DNA from: Mycobacterium tuberculosis H37Rv
GTDB taxonomy: Bacteria; Actinomycetota; Actinomycetes; Mycobacteriales; Mycobacteriaceae
Assembly: GCF_000195955.2 (NCBI RefSeq)
Contig: NC_000962.3
Location: 600,001-632,000, forward strand
Length of the DNA stretch: 32,000 nt
Direction: 5' to 3'
This document shows positions 1 through 8,745 of the stretch, one piece after another; position 1 is the stretch's first letter; the number at the start of each line of letters is the position of its first letter. The translations under genes were made by a program, and so were the position numbers. Under the pieces are notes generated by a model. It ran no database searches. It saw only the letters and a program-made list of their open reading frames with translations, and was not told the origin of the DNA.

Positions 1-105
1 CGCCCGGCCAGTCAGATGCTTCGGCCGTTCGCGCCGCGCCGATTGGTTCGCGCCTTGTTGCTGCCGTCCGGCCAGCACCCGTCAGCGACTGGCGCCCATG
101 AGTAG
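1..105 (+). CDS. mmpL2: C-terminal end of an upstream protein, probably an MmpL family transporter (partial)
   Basis: Frame 1 is open from base 1: [37 protein letters not shown] at 103-105. It overlaps the next ATG (98). The MmpL2 identity rests on recalled gene order, not a domain seen here. Confidence 0.6.
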
Positions 106-391
106 GCCCCAGGTGGAGCTTTTGACTCGCGCCGGGTGCGCGATCTGCGTGCGGGTAGCGGAGCAGCTGGCCGAACTGTCCAGCGAACTGGGCTTCGACA
201 TGATGACGATCGACGTCGATGTCGCGGCGTCGACGGGCAATCCAGGGCTGCGAGCTGAGTTTGGCGATCGGTTGCCGGTGGTCCTGCTGGACGGCCGCGA
301 GCACAGCTACTGGGAGGTCGACGAGCACCGGCTGCGTGCGGATATAGCCCGCAGCACATTTGGTAGCCCACCTGATAAACGTCTACCGTAG
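98..391 (+). CDS. Glutaredoxin-like/thioredoxin-fold small protein (Rv0508-like)
   Basis: 97-aa [35 protein letters not shown]..., with CAIC redox motif and glutaredoxin-like layout. Confidence 0.9.
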
Positions 392-440
392 ACACCAGTT
401 TTACTGGGGTAGTCGAGGGAGCTGGCCAGGTGGTGCTGCC

Positions 441-1847
441 GTGAGCGTGCTGCTCTTCGGGGTGTCGCATCGTAGCGCGCCGGTCGTCGTCCTTGAACAA
501 CTCAGTATCGACGAATCCGATCAAGTCAAGATCATCGACCGAGTGCTGGCTTCGCCGCTGGTGACCGAGGCGATGGTGCTGTCGACTTGCAACCGCGTCG
601 AGGTCTACGCCGTAGTGGACGCGTTCCATGGCGGCCTGTCGGTGATCGGGCAGGTGCTTGCCGAACACTCCGGTATGTCGATGGGGGAGCTGACCAAGTA
701 CGCATATGTCCGCTACAGCGAGGCAGCAGTTGAGCACCTGTTCGCGGTTGCCAGCGGCCTGGACTCGGCGGTGATCGGCGAGCAGCAGGTGCTTGGTCAG
801 GTGCGCCGCGCCTATGCCGTCGCCGAATCCAACCGCACGGTCGGCCGCGTGCTGCACGAATTGGCCCAGCGGGCGCTGTCGGTGGGCAAGCGAGTGCACT
901 CCGAAACCGCCATTGACGCTGCCGGTGCCTCCGTGGTGTCGGTCGCCCTGGGAATGGCCGAGCGCAAATTGGGCTCGTTGGCGGGCACGACCGCGGTGGT
1001 GATCGGCGCCGGGGCGATGGGCGCGCTGTCGGCGGTACATCTGACCCGTGCCGGCGTCGGGCACATTCAGGTGCTCAACCGGTCGTTGTCCCGGGCGCAG
1101 CGGTTGGCCCGAAGGATCCGCGAATCTGGCGTGCCGGCCGAGGCGCTAGCGCTCGACCGCCTGGCTAATGTCCTGGCCGATGCCGACGTGGTGGTCAGCT
1201 GTACTGGGGCGGTGCGTCCGGTGGTGTCGCTGGCCGATGTGCATCATGCGCTGGCCGCCGCCCGCCGTGACGAGGCCACCCGTCCGTTGGTGATATGCGA
1301 CTTGGGCATGCCGCGTGACGTCGATCCTGCGGTGGCCAGATTACCGTGTGTGTGGGTCGTGGACGTGGATAGCGTGCAACATGAACCCTCGGCACATGCC
1401 GCGGCTGCCGACGTTGAGGCCGCCCGCCACATCGTCGCCGCCGAAGTTGCCAGCTATCTGGTGGGGCAGCGGATGGCCGAGGTCACCCCAACCGTGACGG
1501 CGTTGCGCCAGCGAGCCGCCGAAGTGGTCGAAGCGGAATTGCTGCGCCTGGACAACCGGCTGCCCGGCCTGCAGAGTGTCCAGCGCGAGGAGGTGGCCCG
1601 CACCGTACGGCGAGTCGTGGACAAGCTGTTGCACGCGCCTACCGTGCGGATCAAGCAGCTCGCCAGTGCGCCCGGCGGTGACAGCTACGCCGAGGCGCTG
1701 CGCGAACTCTTCGAGCTTGACCAGACCGCCGTCGATGCCGTCGCCACTGCAGGTGAATTACCGGTGGTGCCAAGCGGATTCGACGCTGAAAGTCGCCGCG
1801 GTGGAGGCGACATGCAAAGCAGCCCGAAGCGATCGCCGAGTAACTGA
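441..1847 (+). CDS. hemA: Glutamyl-tRNA reductase
   Basis: GTG start [22 protein letters not shown]; [11 protein letters not shown] catalytic Cys motif; [17 protein letters not shown]; 468 aa. The track ORF starting at 360 extends too far upstream. Confidence 0.97.
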
Positions 1848-1856
1848 TTGGCGCAC

Positions 1857-2786
1857 GTGATCCGGATAGGTACCCGGGGCAGCTTGCTGGCCACCACTCA
1901 GGCCGCCACTGTCAGAGACGCCCTCATCGCTGGTGGCCACTCCGCGGAGTTGGTGACCATCAGCACCGAGGGTGACCGATCCATGGCGCCGATCGCCAGT
2001 CTCGGGGTTGGCGTCTTCACCACGGCGTTGCGCGAGGCGATGGAGGCAGGCCTCGTCGATGCGGCGGTGCATTCGTACAAGGATTTGCCGACTGCCGCCG
2101 ATCCAAGGTTCACGGTTGCGGCGATACCGCCGCGCAATGACCCCCGCGACGCGGTGGTAGCCCGTGACGGGCTGACGCTGGGGGAATTGCCGGTCGGATC
2201 GTTGGTGGGCACATCCTCGCCGCGGCGGGCCGCACAGCTTAGAGCATTGGGTCTCGGTTTGGAAATCCGCCCCCTACGAGGCAACCTAGATACCAGGTTG
2301 AACAAGGTAAGTAGCGGCGATCTTGACGCCATCGTGGTGGCCCGGGCTGGTCTGGCGCGGCTGGGCCGCCTCGATGACGTGACCGAGACGTTAGAGCCGG
2401 TGCAGATGTTGCCCGCGCCGGCTCAGGGCGCGCTCGCGGTCGAATGCCGCGCCGGCGACAGCCGGTTGGTGGCAGTGCTGGCGGAGTTGGATGACGCCGA
2501 CACGCGTGCGGCGGTCACCGCCGAGCGAGCCCTGCTTGCCGACCTGGAGGCAGGTTGCTCCGCACCGGTGGGAGCGATCGCAGAAGTGGTCGAGTCCATC
2601 GATGAGGACGGCCGTGTCTTCGAGGAGCTGTCGCTGCGCGGGTGCGTGGCGGCGCTGGACGGATCCGACGTGATCCGCGCGTCCGGCATCGGCAGTTGCG
2701 GTCGGGCACGGGAGCTGGGGCTCTCGGTCGCCGCGGAGCTGTTCGAGCTGGGCGCCCGGGAGCTGATGTGGGGAGTGCGGCATTAG
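1857..2786 (+). CDS. hemC: Porphobilinogen deaminase (hydroxymethylbilane synthase)
   Basis: [19 protein letters not shown]..., [35 protein letters not shown], cofactor Cys in [13 protein letters not shown] 1857 preferred; TTG 1848 is an alternative. Confidence 0.96.
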   Translation: MIRIGTRGSLLATTQAATVRDALIAGGHSAELVTISTEGDRSMAPIASLGVGVFTTALREAMEAGLVDAAVHSYKDLPTAADPRFTVAAIPPRNDPRDAVVARDGLTLGELPVGSLVGTSSPRRAAQLRALGLGLEIRPLRGNLDTRLNKVSSGDLDAIVVARAGLARLGRLDDVTETLEPVQMLPAPAQGALAVECRAGDSRLVAVLAELDDADTRAAVTAERALLADLEAGCSAPVGAIAEVVESIDEDGRVFEELSLRGCVAALDGSDVIRASGIGSCGRARELGLSVAAELFELGARELMWGVRH

Positions 2787-2818
2787 CCCGCATGAAGAAG
2801 TGACTGGGAGTGACAATC

Positions 2819-4516
2819 ATGACGCGAGGGCGTAAGCCGAGACCGGGCCGCATCGTTTTCGTGGGCTCCGGTCCGGGCGACCCCGGCTTGCTTACGACAC
2901 GGGCTGCCGCGGTGCTGGCCAACGCCGCGCTGGTGTTCACCGATCCCGACGTACCGGAGCCGGTGGTGGCGCTGATCGGCACGGATCTGCCCCCCGTGTC
3001 CGGCCCGGCGCCCGCCGAGCCGGTTGCCGGGAACGGCGATGCGGCCGGCGGAGGAAGTGCGCAGGAACACGGCCGGGCCGCGTCCGCGGTAGTCTCCGGT
3101 GGTCCTGACATCCGCCCGGCGCTGGGCGATCCCGCCGATGTGGCCAAGACGCTGACCGCCGAGGCCCGTTCGGGTGTCGACGTGGTGCGGCTGGTGGCGG
3201 GCGATCCGCTCACGGTGGATGCGGTAATCAGCGAGGTGAACGCCGTCGCACGCACCCACCTGCACATCGAAATCGTGCCCGGCCTGGCCGCCAGCAGCGC
3301 GGTCCCGACCTATGCCGGGTTGCCGCTGGGTTCGTCGCACACCGTCGCCGACGTGCGTATCGACCCCGAAAACACCGACTGGGACGCGCTGGCTGCCGCA
3401 CCCGGGCCGCTGATCCTGCAGGCCACCGCATCGCATCTAGCCGAATCGGCCCGCAGCCTGATCGATCACCAGCTGGCCGAGTCCACTCCGTGCGTGGTGA
3501 CCGCACACGGCACCACCTGTCAGCAGCGTTCGGTCGAGACCACACTTCAGGGATTGACCGACCCGGCCGTCCTGGGCGCTACCGACCCCGCGTGCTCCGC
3601 AAACGGGAGGGACTCCCAGGCCGGACCGCTGATAGTGACCATCGGCAAGACGGTGACCAGTCGGGCAAAGCTGAACTGGTGGGAGAGCCGCGCCCTCTAC
3701 GGCTGGACGGTGTTGGTGCCGCGCACCAAGGACCAGGCCGGCGAGATGAGCGAGCGGCTCACGTCGTACGGCGCGCTGCCGGTGGAGGTGCCGACCATCG
3801 CCGTCGAGCCGCCGCGCAGCCCCGCGCAGATGGAGCGCGCCGTCAAGGGCCTGGTCGATGGCCGATTCCAGTGGATCGTGTTCACCTCCACCAACGCGGT
3901 GCGTGCGGTGTGGGAGAAGTTCGGCGAGTTCGGTCTGGATGCCCGCGCGTTCTCCGGGGTGAAGATCGCCTGTGTCGGCGAGTCGACGGCCGACCGGGTG
4001 CGCGCCTTCGGAATCAGTCCCGAGCTGGTGCCCTCCGGGGAGCAGTCCTCGCTTGGCTTGCTAGACGACTTCCCGCCCTACGACAGCGTTTTCGACCCGG
4101 TGAACCGGGTTTTGCTGCCGCGCGCCGACATCGCCACCGAAACGCTGGCCGAGGGACTGCGAGAGCGTGGCTGGGAGATCGAGGACGTCACCGCCTACCG
4201 GACCGTGCGGGCCGCGCCGCCGCCGGCCACTACCCGGGAAATGATCAAGACGGGCGGGTTTGACGCGGTATGTTTCACCTCCAGCTCGACGGTGCGAAAC
4301 CTGGTCGGCATCGCCGGCAAGCCGCACGCGCGGACGATCATCGCCTGCATAGGGCCAAAGACCGCCGAGACCGCAGCCGAGTTCGGCTTGCGGGTCGATG
4401 TCCAGCCGGACACCGCCGCCATCGGCCCGCTGGTCGATGCGCTGGCCGAGCATGCCGCCCGGTTGCGCGCTGAGGGTGCGCTGCCCCCGCCGCGCAAGAA
4501 GAGCCGCAGGCGCTAG
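2819..4516 (+). CDS. hemD: Fused SUMT-like tetrapyrrole methylase domain plus uroporphyrinogen-III synthase
   Basis: N-terminal VFVGSGPGDPGLLTTRAA and GLAASSAVPTYAGLPLG; C-terminal HemD-like region with VFTSTNAVRAVWEKFGE, YRTVRA and AVCFTSSSTVRNLVG. Confidence 0.93.
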   Translation: MTRGRKPRPGRIVFVGSGPGDPGLLTTRAAAVLANAALVFTDPDVPEPVVALIGTDLPPVSGPAPAEPVAGNGDAAGGGSAQEHGRAASAVVSGGPDIRPALGDPADVAKTLTAEARSGVDVVRLVAGDPLTVDAVISEVNAVARTHLHIEIVPGLAASSAVPTYAGLPLGSSHTVADVRIDPENTDWDALAAAPGPLILQATASHLAESARSLIDHQLAESTPCVVTAHGTTCQQRSVETTLQGLTDPAVLGATDPACSANGRDSQAGPLIVTIGKTVTSRAKLNWWESRALYGWTVLVPRTKDQAGEMSERLTSYGALPVEVPTIAVEPPRSPAQMERAVKGLVDGRFQWIVFTSTNAVRAVWEKFGEFGLDARAFSGVKIACVGESTADRVRAFGISPELVPSGEQSSLGLLDDFPPYDSVFDPVNRVLLPRADIATETLAEGLRERGWEIEDVTAYRTVRAAPPPATTREMIKTGGFDAVCFTSSSTVRNLVGIAGKPHARTIIACIGPKTAETAAEFGLRVDVQPDTAAIGPLVDALAEHAARLRAEGALPPPRKKSRRR

Positions 4517-4533
4517 TGGCCCACCCTCGTCAG

Positions 4534-4593
4534 GTGAGCGTGCGTGTCTGTACACCGACACGCCGACCGAGCTGGCATTTTGCGTACGCTCGC
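4534..4593 (+). repeat. Intergenic imperfect palindromic element, copy 1
   Basis: Left arm GTGAGCGTGCGT (4534-4545), right arm GCGTACGCTCGC (4582-4593), 9/12 complementary. Core CGACACGCCGAC (4556-4567) is shared exactly with the element at 25501-25559. Confidence 0.65.
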
Positions 4594-4601
4594 GGCTACG
4601 A

Positions 4602-5591
4602 ATGAGCATGAGTTCCTATCCGCGGCAGCGACCGCGCCGGCTCCGCTCCACCGTCGCGATGCGCCGTCTGGTTGCGCAAACCTCGTTGGAGCCAAGGCAT
4701 TTGGTGCTGCCGATGTTCGTTGCCGACGGCATTGACGAGCCGCGGCCGATTACCTCCATGCCGGGCGTGGTACAGCACACCCGGGATTCGCTACGTAGGG
4801 CCGCGGCAGCCGCGGTGGCCGCCGGCGTGGGTGGGCTGATGCTTTTCGGCGTGCCGCGCGACCAGGACAAGGACGGTGTCGGTTCGGCGGGCATCGACCC
4901 CGACGGGATCCTCAACGTCGCCCTTCGCGATCTGGCCAAGGACCTGGGTGAGGCCACGGTGTTGATGGCCGACACCTGTCTGGACGAGTTCACCGACCAC
5001 GGGCACTGCGGTGTGCTCGATGACCGGGGCCGGGTCGATAACGACGCCACCGTGGCCCGCTATGTGGAACTGGCTGTGGCGCAAGCGGAATCGGGCGCCC
5101 ACGTGGTCGGACCCAGTGGGATGATGGATGGCCAGGTAGCCGCGATCCGGGACGGTTTGGACGCCGCCGGCTACATCGATGTGGTGATCTTGGCCTACGC
5201 CGCGAAGTTTGCTTCGGCGTTCTACGGCCCGTTCCGCGAGGCGGTGAGCTCTAGCCTGTCCGGGGATCGGCGCACCTACCAGCAGGAGCCGGGCAACGCC
5301 GCCGAGGCGCTGCGTGAGATCGAGCTCGATCTCGACGAAGGCGCCGACATTGTGATGGTCAAACCCGCGATGGGCTACCTCGATGTGGTGGCGGCCGCGG
5401 CGGACGTCTCGCCGGTCCCGGTGGCCGCCTATCAGGTCTCGGGAGAGTACGCGATGATTCGTGCGGCGGCGGCCAATAATTGGATCGATGAGCGTGCCGC
5501 GGTGCTAGAGTCGCTGACCGGTATCCGGCGTGCCGGCGCCGACATCGTGCTCACCTACTGGGCGGTAGACGCGGCGGGCTGGCTTACGTGA
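4602..5591 (+). CDS. hemB: Delta-aminolevulinic acid dehydratase (porphobilinogen synthase)
   Basis: MSMSSYPRQRPRRLRSTVAMRRL..., VLMADTCLDEFTDHGHCG metal site, YAAKFASAFYGPFREA, VMVKPAMGYLDV; 329 aa. Confidence 0.97.
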   Translation: MSMSSYPRQRPRRLRSTVAMRRLVAQTSLEPRHLVLPMFVADGIDEPRPITSMPGVVQHTRDSLRRAAAAAVAAGVGGLMLFGVPRDQDKDGVGSAGIDPDGILNVALRDLAKDLGEATVLMADTCLDEFTDHGHCGVLDDRGRVDNDATVARYVELAVAQAESGAHVVGPSGMMDGQVAAIRDGLDAAGYIDVVILAYAAKFASAFYGPFREAVSSSLSGDRRTYQQEPGNAAEALREIELDLDEGADIVMVKPAMGYLDVVAAAADVSPVPVAAYQVSGEYAMIRAAAANNWIDERAAVLESLTGIRRAGADIVLTYWAVDAAGWLT

Positions 5592-5603
5592 CGGAGGCCT
5601 GAC

Positions 5604-6152
5604 ATGACACCAACCGGGGATACCAAGCCCAAGTTGTTGTTCTACGAACCCGGCGCGAGCTGGTACTGGGTGCTGACTGGTCCGCTTGCGGCGGTGTCGG
5701 TGCTCCTCCTCGAGATATCCAGCGGCGCCGGGGTTGGGTTGATAACGCCGGCGATCTTTCTGGTGATGGTGTCGGCGTTCGTGGCATTGCAGGTGAAGGC
5801 GGCGCGGATTCACACGTCGGTCGAGCTGACGCATGATGCCTTGCGCCAAGGCACCGAGACCATCAGGCTGGCCGAAATCGTCAAAATCTATCCGGAGGCA
5901 GACGGCCGCGAGACGTCCGGGGAAGAGCCGGCAAAGTGGCAGTCGGCGCGGACCCTGGGCGAGCTCGTCGGCGTACCGCGCGGCCGGGTGGGAATCGGGC
6001 TGAAGCTGACCGGAGGCCGCACCGCCCAGGCCTGGGCGCGTCGTCATCAACAGCTGCGGGCGGCGCTGACTCCGCTGGTTCAGGAGCGGCTCGGGCCCGT
6101 GGATTCTGATGTCGCCGACGTCAACGGTGACGACGCCGGGCCAGCGCGGTGA
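5604..6152 (+). CDS. Two-TM membrane protein, DUF3093-like
   Basis: 182-aa ORF with hydrophobic WYWVLTGPLAAVSVLLL and GLITPAIFLVMVSAFVALQV, immediately downstream of hemB. Confidence 0.85.
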   Translation: MTPTGDTKPKLLFYEPGASWYWVLTGPLAAVSVLLLEISSGAGVGLITPAIFLVMVSAFVALQVKAARIHTSVELTHDALRQGTETIRLAEIVKIYPEADGRETSGEEPAKWQSARTLGELVGVPRGRVGIGLKLTGGRTAQAWARRHQQLRAALTPLVQERLGPVDSDVADVNGDDAGPAR

Positions 6153-6448
6153 TCGCCCGCTACCGGGCCGGGGCCGAACTGTTCCTGGCTTGTGCCGCGC
6201 TTGCCGGATCTGCGGCGAGCTGGTCGCGGACCCGCTCCACCGTGGCCGTCGCGCCCGTCATCGACGGCCAGCCGGTCACCCTGTCGGTGGTCTATCACCC
6301 GCAACCGTTGGTGCTGACCCTGCTGCTGGCGACGATCGCCGGCGTGTTGTCGGTGGTGGGGACGGCCAGGTTGCGGCGCGCGCGAGCTGGCTTGAACGCA
6401 CATCCGGACGGCTTGAACCAGCGTCCGCCCGGCGGTTGGTGTCATTGA
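6149..6448 (+). CDS. Small membrane protein (Rv0514-like)
   Basis: 99-aa ORF overlapping the previous stop by 4 nt; hydrophobic segments AELFLACAALAGSAASW and PLVLTLLLATIAGVLSVVG. Confidence 0.8.
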   Translation: MIARYRAGAELFLACAALAGSAASWSRTRSTVAVAPVIDGQPVTLSVVYHPQPLVLTLLLATIAGVLSVVGTARLRRARAGLNAHPDGLNQRPPGGWCH

Positions 6449-6550
6449 GCCGTTTGCGTGGATCACTTCCGCTGCTGCTTGATCGGGCCCTGGTCTGTGT
6501 CGGCAGCGGCTGGTAGTATCGAAAGTATGTTCGATCAGGTGCGGGGGCGC

Positions 6551-8062
6551 ATGCCTTCACCGGAGGCGATCGCTCATTTTGATGAGCGGTTTGAATGCCA
6601 TGCTCCGCGGACCACGAGGGTGTCGGCGGCGTTCATCGATCGGATCTGCTCGGCGACTCGGGCCGAAAACCGGGCCGCTGCGGCGCAGTTGGTGGCGTTG
6701 GGGGAGTTGTTCGCCTATCGGTGGTCGCGTTGCGGGGGCCGCGAGGAGTGGGTGATGGACACCATGGCGGCGGTGGCCGCCGAGGTGGCGGCGGCGTTGC
6801 GGATCAGTCAGGGTCTGGCGGCCAGCCGGTTGCGGTATGCGCGGGCGATGCGTGAGCGGCTGCCTAAGACGGCTGAGGTGTTTAGCGCCGGCGACATCGG
6901 CTATCTGATGTTTGCCACGATTGTGTATCGCACCGACTTGATCGTTGACCCTGATGTTTTGGCGGCGGTGGATGCGCAGTTGGCCGCCAATGTGGCGCGT
7001 TGGCCCTCGATGACCAAGGCCCGCCTGGCTGGGCAGGTCGATAAGATCGTGGCGCGTGCCGATGCCGATGCGGTGCGGCGGCGCAAGGAGTATCAGGCCC
7101 AGCGCCAGTTCTGGGTCGGGGAAAGCCAAGACGGTGTGTGCCAGATCGGTGGCAGCCTGTTGGCCGTCGACGCACACGCCCTCGATGCGCGGTTGAGCGC
7201 GTTGGCGGGCACCGTGTGTGAGCACGATCCGCGCAGCCGTGAGCAGCGCCGCGCGGACGCGTTGGGGGCGTTGGCGGGCGGGGCCGATCGGCTGGGCTGT
7301 GGCTGTGGGCGCGCTGATTGTGCGGCCGGGAAGCGGCCTGCGGCCCCGCCGGTGGTGATTCACCTGATCGCCGAGGCGGCCACGATCAATGGCACGGGCT
7401 CGGCGCCGGCATCGCAGATGAACGCCGACGGGCTGATCACCGCCGAACTGGTGGCCGAGCTGGCCAAGACGGCCACGCTGGTGCCGCTGGTTCATCCCGG
7501 CGATGCGCCGCCCGAGCCGGGGTATGCGCCGTCGAAAGCGCTCGCCGATTTCGTTCGCTGCCGGGATCTGACGTGTCGCTGGCCCGGCTGTGATGAGCCC
7601 GCCACCAATTGCGACCTGGATCATACGATCCCGTATGCCGCTGGTGGGCCCACCCATGCGTCGAACCTGAAATGTTACTGCCGTACCCATCACCTGGTGA
7701 AAACGTTTTGGGGATGGCGTGATCAACAGCTACCCGACGGCACCCTGATTTTGACCTCCCCGTCCGGGCATACCTATGTCAGCACCCCGGGCAGTGCGCT
7801 GCTGTTCCCCAGCTTGTGCCACTTCAGCGGCGGCATCCCGGCACCGGAAGCCGACCCACCCTACGACCATTGCGACCAGCGCACAGCGATGATGCCCAAA
7901 CGCCGGCGCACCCGCGCCCAAGACCGGGCCTATCGCATCGCCACCGAACGTCGACAAAACCACGCCGCCCGCCAGCGCGCCCAGGTGCTCACCCAGACCG
8001 CCGCGGCCACCGACACCCACGGCCCACCACCGGATCACAACGACGACCCACCGCCGTTTTAG
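6551..8062 (+). CDS. 13E12 repeat-family protein: DUF222 plus C-terminal HNH nuclease-like domain (Rv0515-like)
   Basis: 503 aa from ATG 6551 (ATG 6527 also possible). C-terminal CRDLTCRWPGCDEPATNCDLDHTIPYAAGGPTHASNLKCYCRTHHLVKT is an HNH motif. Confidence 0.92.
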   Translation: MPSPEAIAHFDERFECHAPRTTRVSAAFIDRICSATRAENRAAAAQLVALGELFAYRWSRCGGREEWVMDTMAAVAAEVAAALRISQGLAASRLRYARAMRERLPKTAEVFSAGDIGYLMFATIVYRTDLIVDPDVLAAVDAQLAANVARWPSMTKARLAGQVDKIVARADADAVRRRKEYQAQRQFWVGESQDGVCQIGGSLLAVDAHALDARLSALAGTVCEHDPRSREQRRADALGALAGGADRLGCGCGRADCAAGKRPAAPPVVIHLIAEAATINGTGSAPASQMNADGLITAELVAELAKTATLVPLVHPGDAPPEPGYAPSKALADFVRCRDLTCRWPGCDEPATNCDLDHTIPYAAGGPTHASNLKCYCRTHHLVKTFWGWRDQQLPDGTLILTSPSGHTYVSTPGSALLFPSLCHFSGGIPAPEADPPYDHCDQRTAMMPKRRRTRAQDRAYRIATERRQNHAARQRAQVLTQTAAATDTHGPPPDHNDDPPPF

Positions 8063-8535
8063 GCTGACCTGCTGATTAGCGGTAGCACCAGCTGACGGCG
8101 GCGGTCGATGGCGTCAGCCAGGTCGTGGAGCGCTTTATGCACCGAGCGCGCCATCGGGAACATGGATTCATGCTCGCCCTGGTCACAGCGGCCACCTAGC
8201 TGTTCGACTACTGCGGGGCTCGCGACTAATGCCCACTGGACGCCGGCGGCTCGGCAGTCCTCATCGAGGATGCACAAGAGCGAGATGCCGGCCCCACTGA
8301 AGTGACTCAACTCGCTCAGGTCGAGCACCATCGGATTTGTTCCGAGGCTGAAACGCCGGACGTGCTCGCTGATCTGCTCGACATTGGCGGCGTCGATCTC
8401 GCCTCGGATGGTCACCACTGTCGCCAGGTGATGCAGGTAGGCCCGAATCTGAGCGCCACCGTAGTCAACGGCGGCATTTCCGGGCCGCGTCGTGACGCTG
8501 CAAGCCGATTTTGACGTCGGGATCGTGGTAGTCAT
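8059..8535 (-). CDS. STAS-domain anti-anti-sigma factor-like protein (Rv0516c-like)
   Basis: MTTTIPTSKSACSV...ATVVTIRGEIDAANVEQISEHV...NPMVLDLSELSHFSGAGISLL...; stop overlaps the convergent upstream gene. Confidence 0.92.
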   Translation of the reverse strand: MTTTIPTSKSACSVTTRPGNAAVDYGGAQIRAYLHHLATVVTIRGEIDAANVEQISEHVRRFSLGTNPMVLDLSELSHFSGAGISLLCILDEDCRAAGVQWALVASPAVVEQLGGRCDQGEHESMFPMARSVHKALHDLADAIDRRRQLVLPLISRSA

Positions 8536-8745
8536 CAATAGCCTCGTTCTCCGTCGCGTTGCGGGCCGACCGATCGCCGGCTAAAGCTGCCTTTAACCAA
8601 ACCCGCAAAATCTAAGGGGAGCGAAAGCCGCCTCTAACTCTTTGCTAAGAAGCGATTTTCGGGGTGCTCCCGGCGACCCACGCCGTCGCGGCCATGGCGC
8701 TGTTAGGCTGCGATGGCTGCCGGTTGCTAGTCGGGGGCTGATGAT

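Noticed and set aside
8536-8745. Possible SigF-type promoter upstream of the STAS gene (GGTTT element on the minus strand)
   Set aside because: A GGGTTTGG stretch is present but I found no suitable GGGTA-like -10 at the expected spacing.
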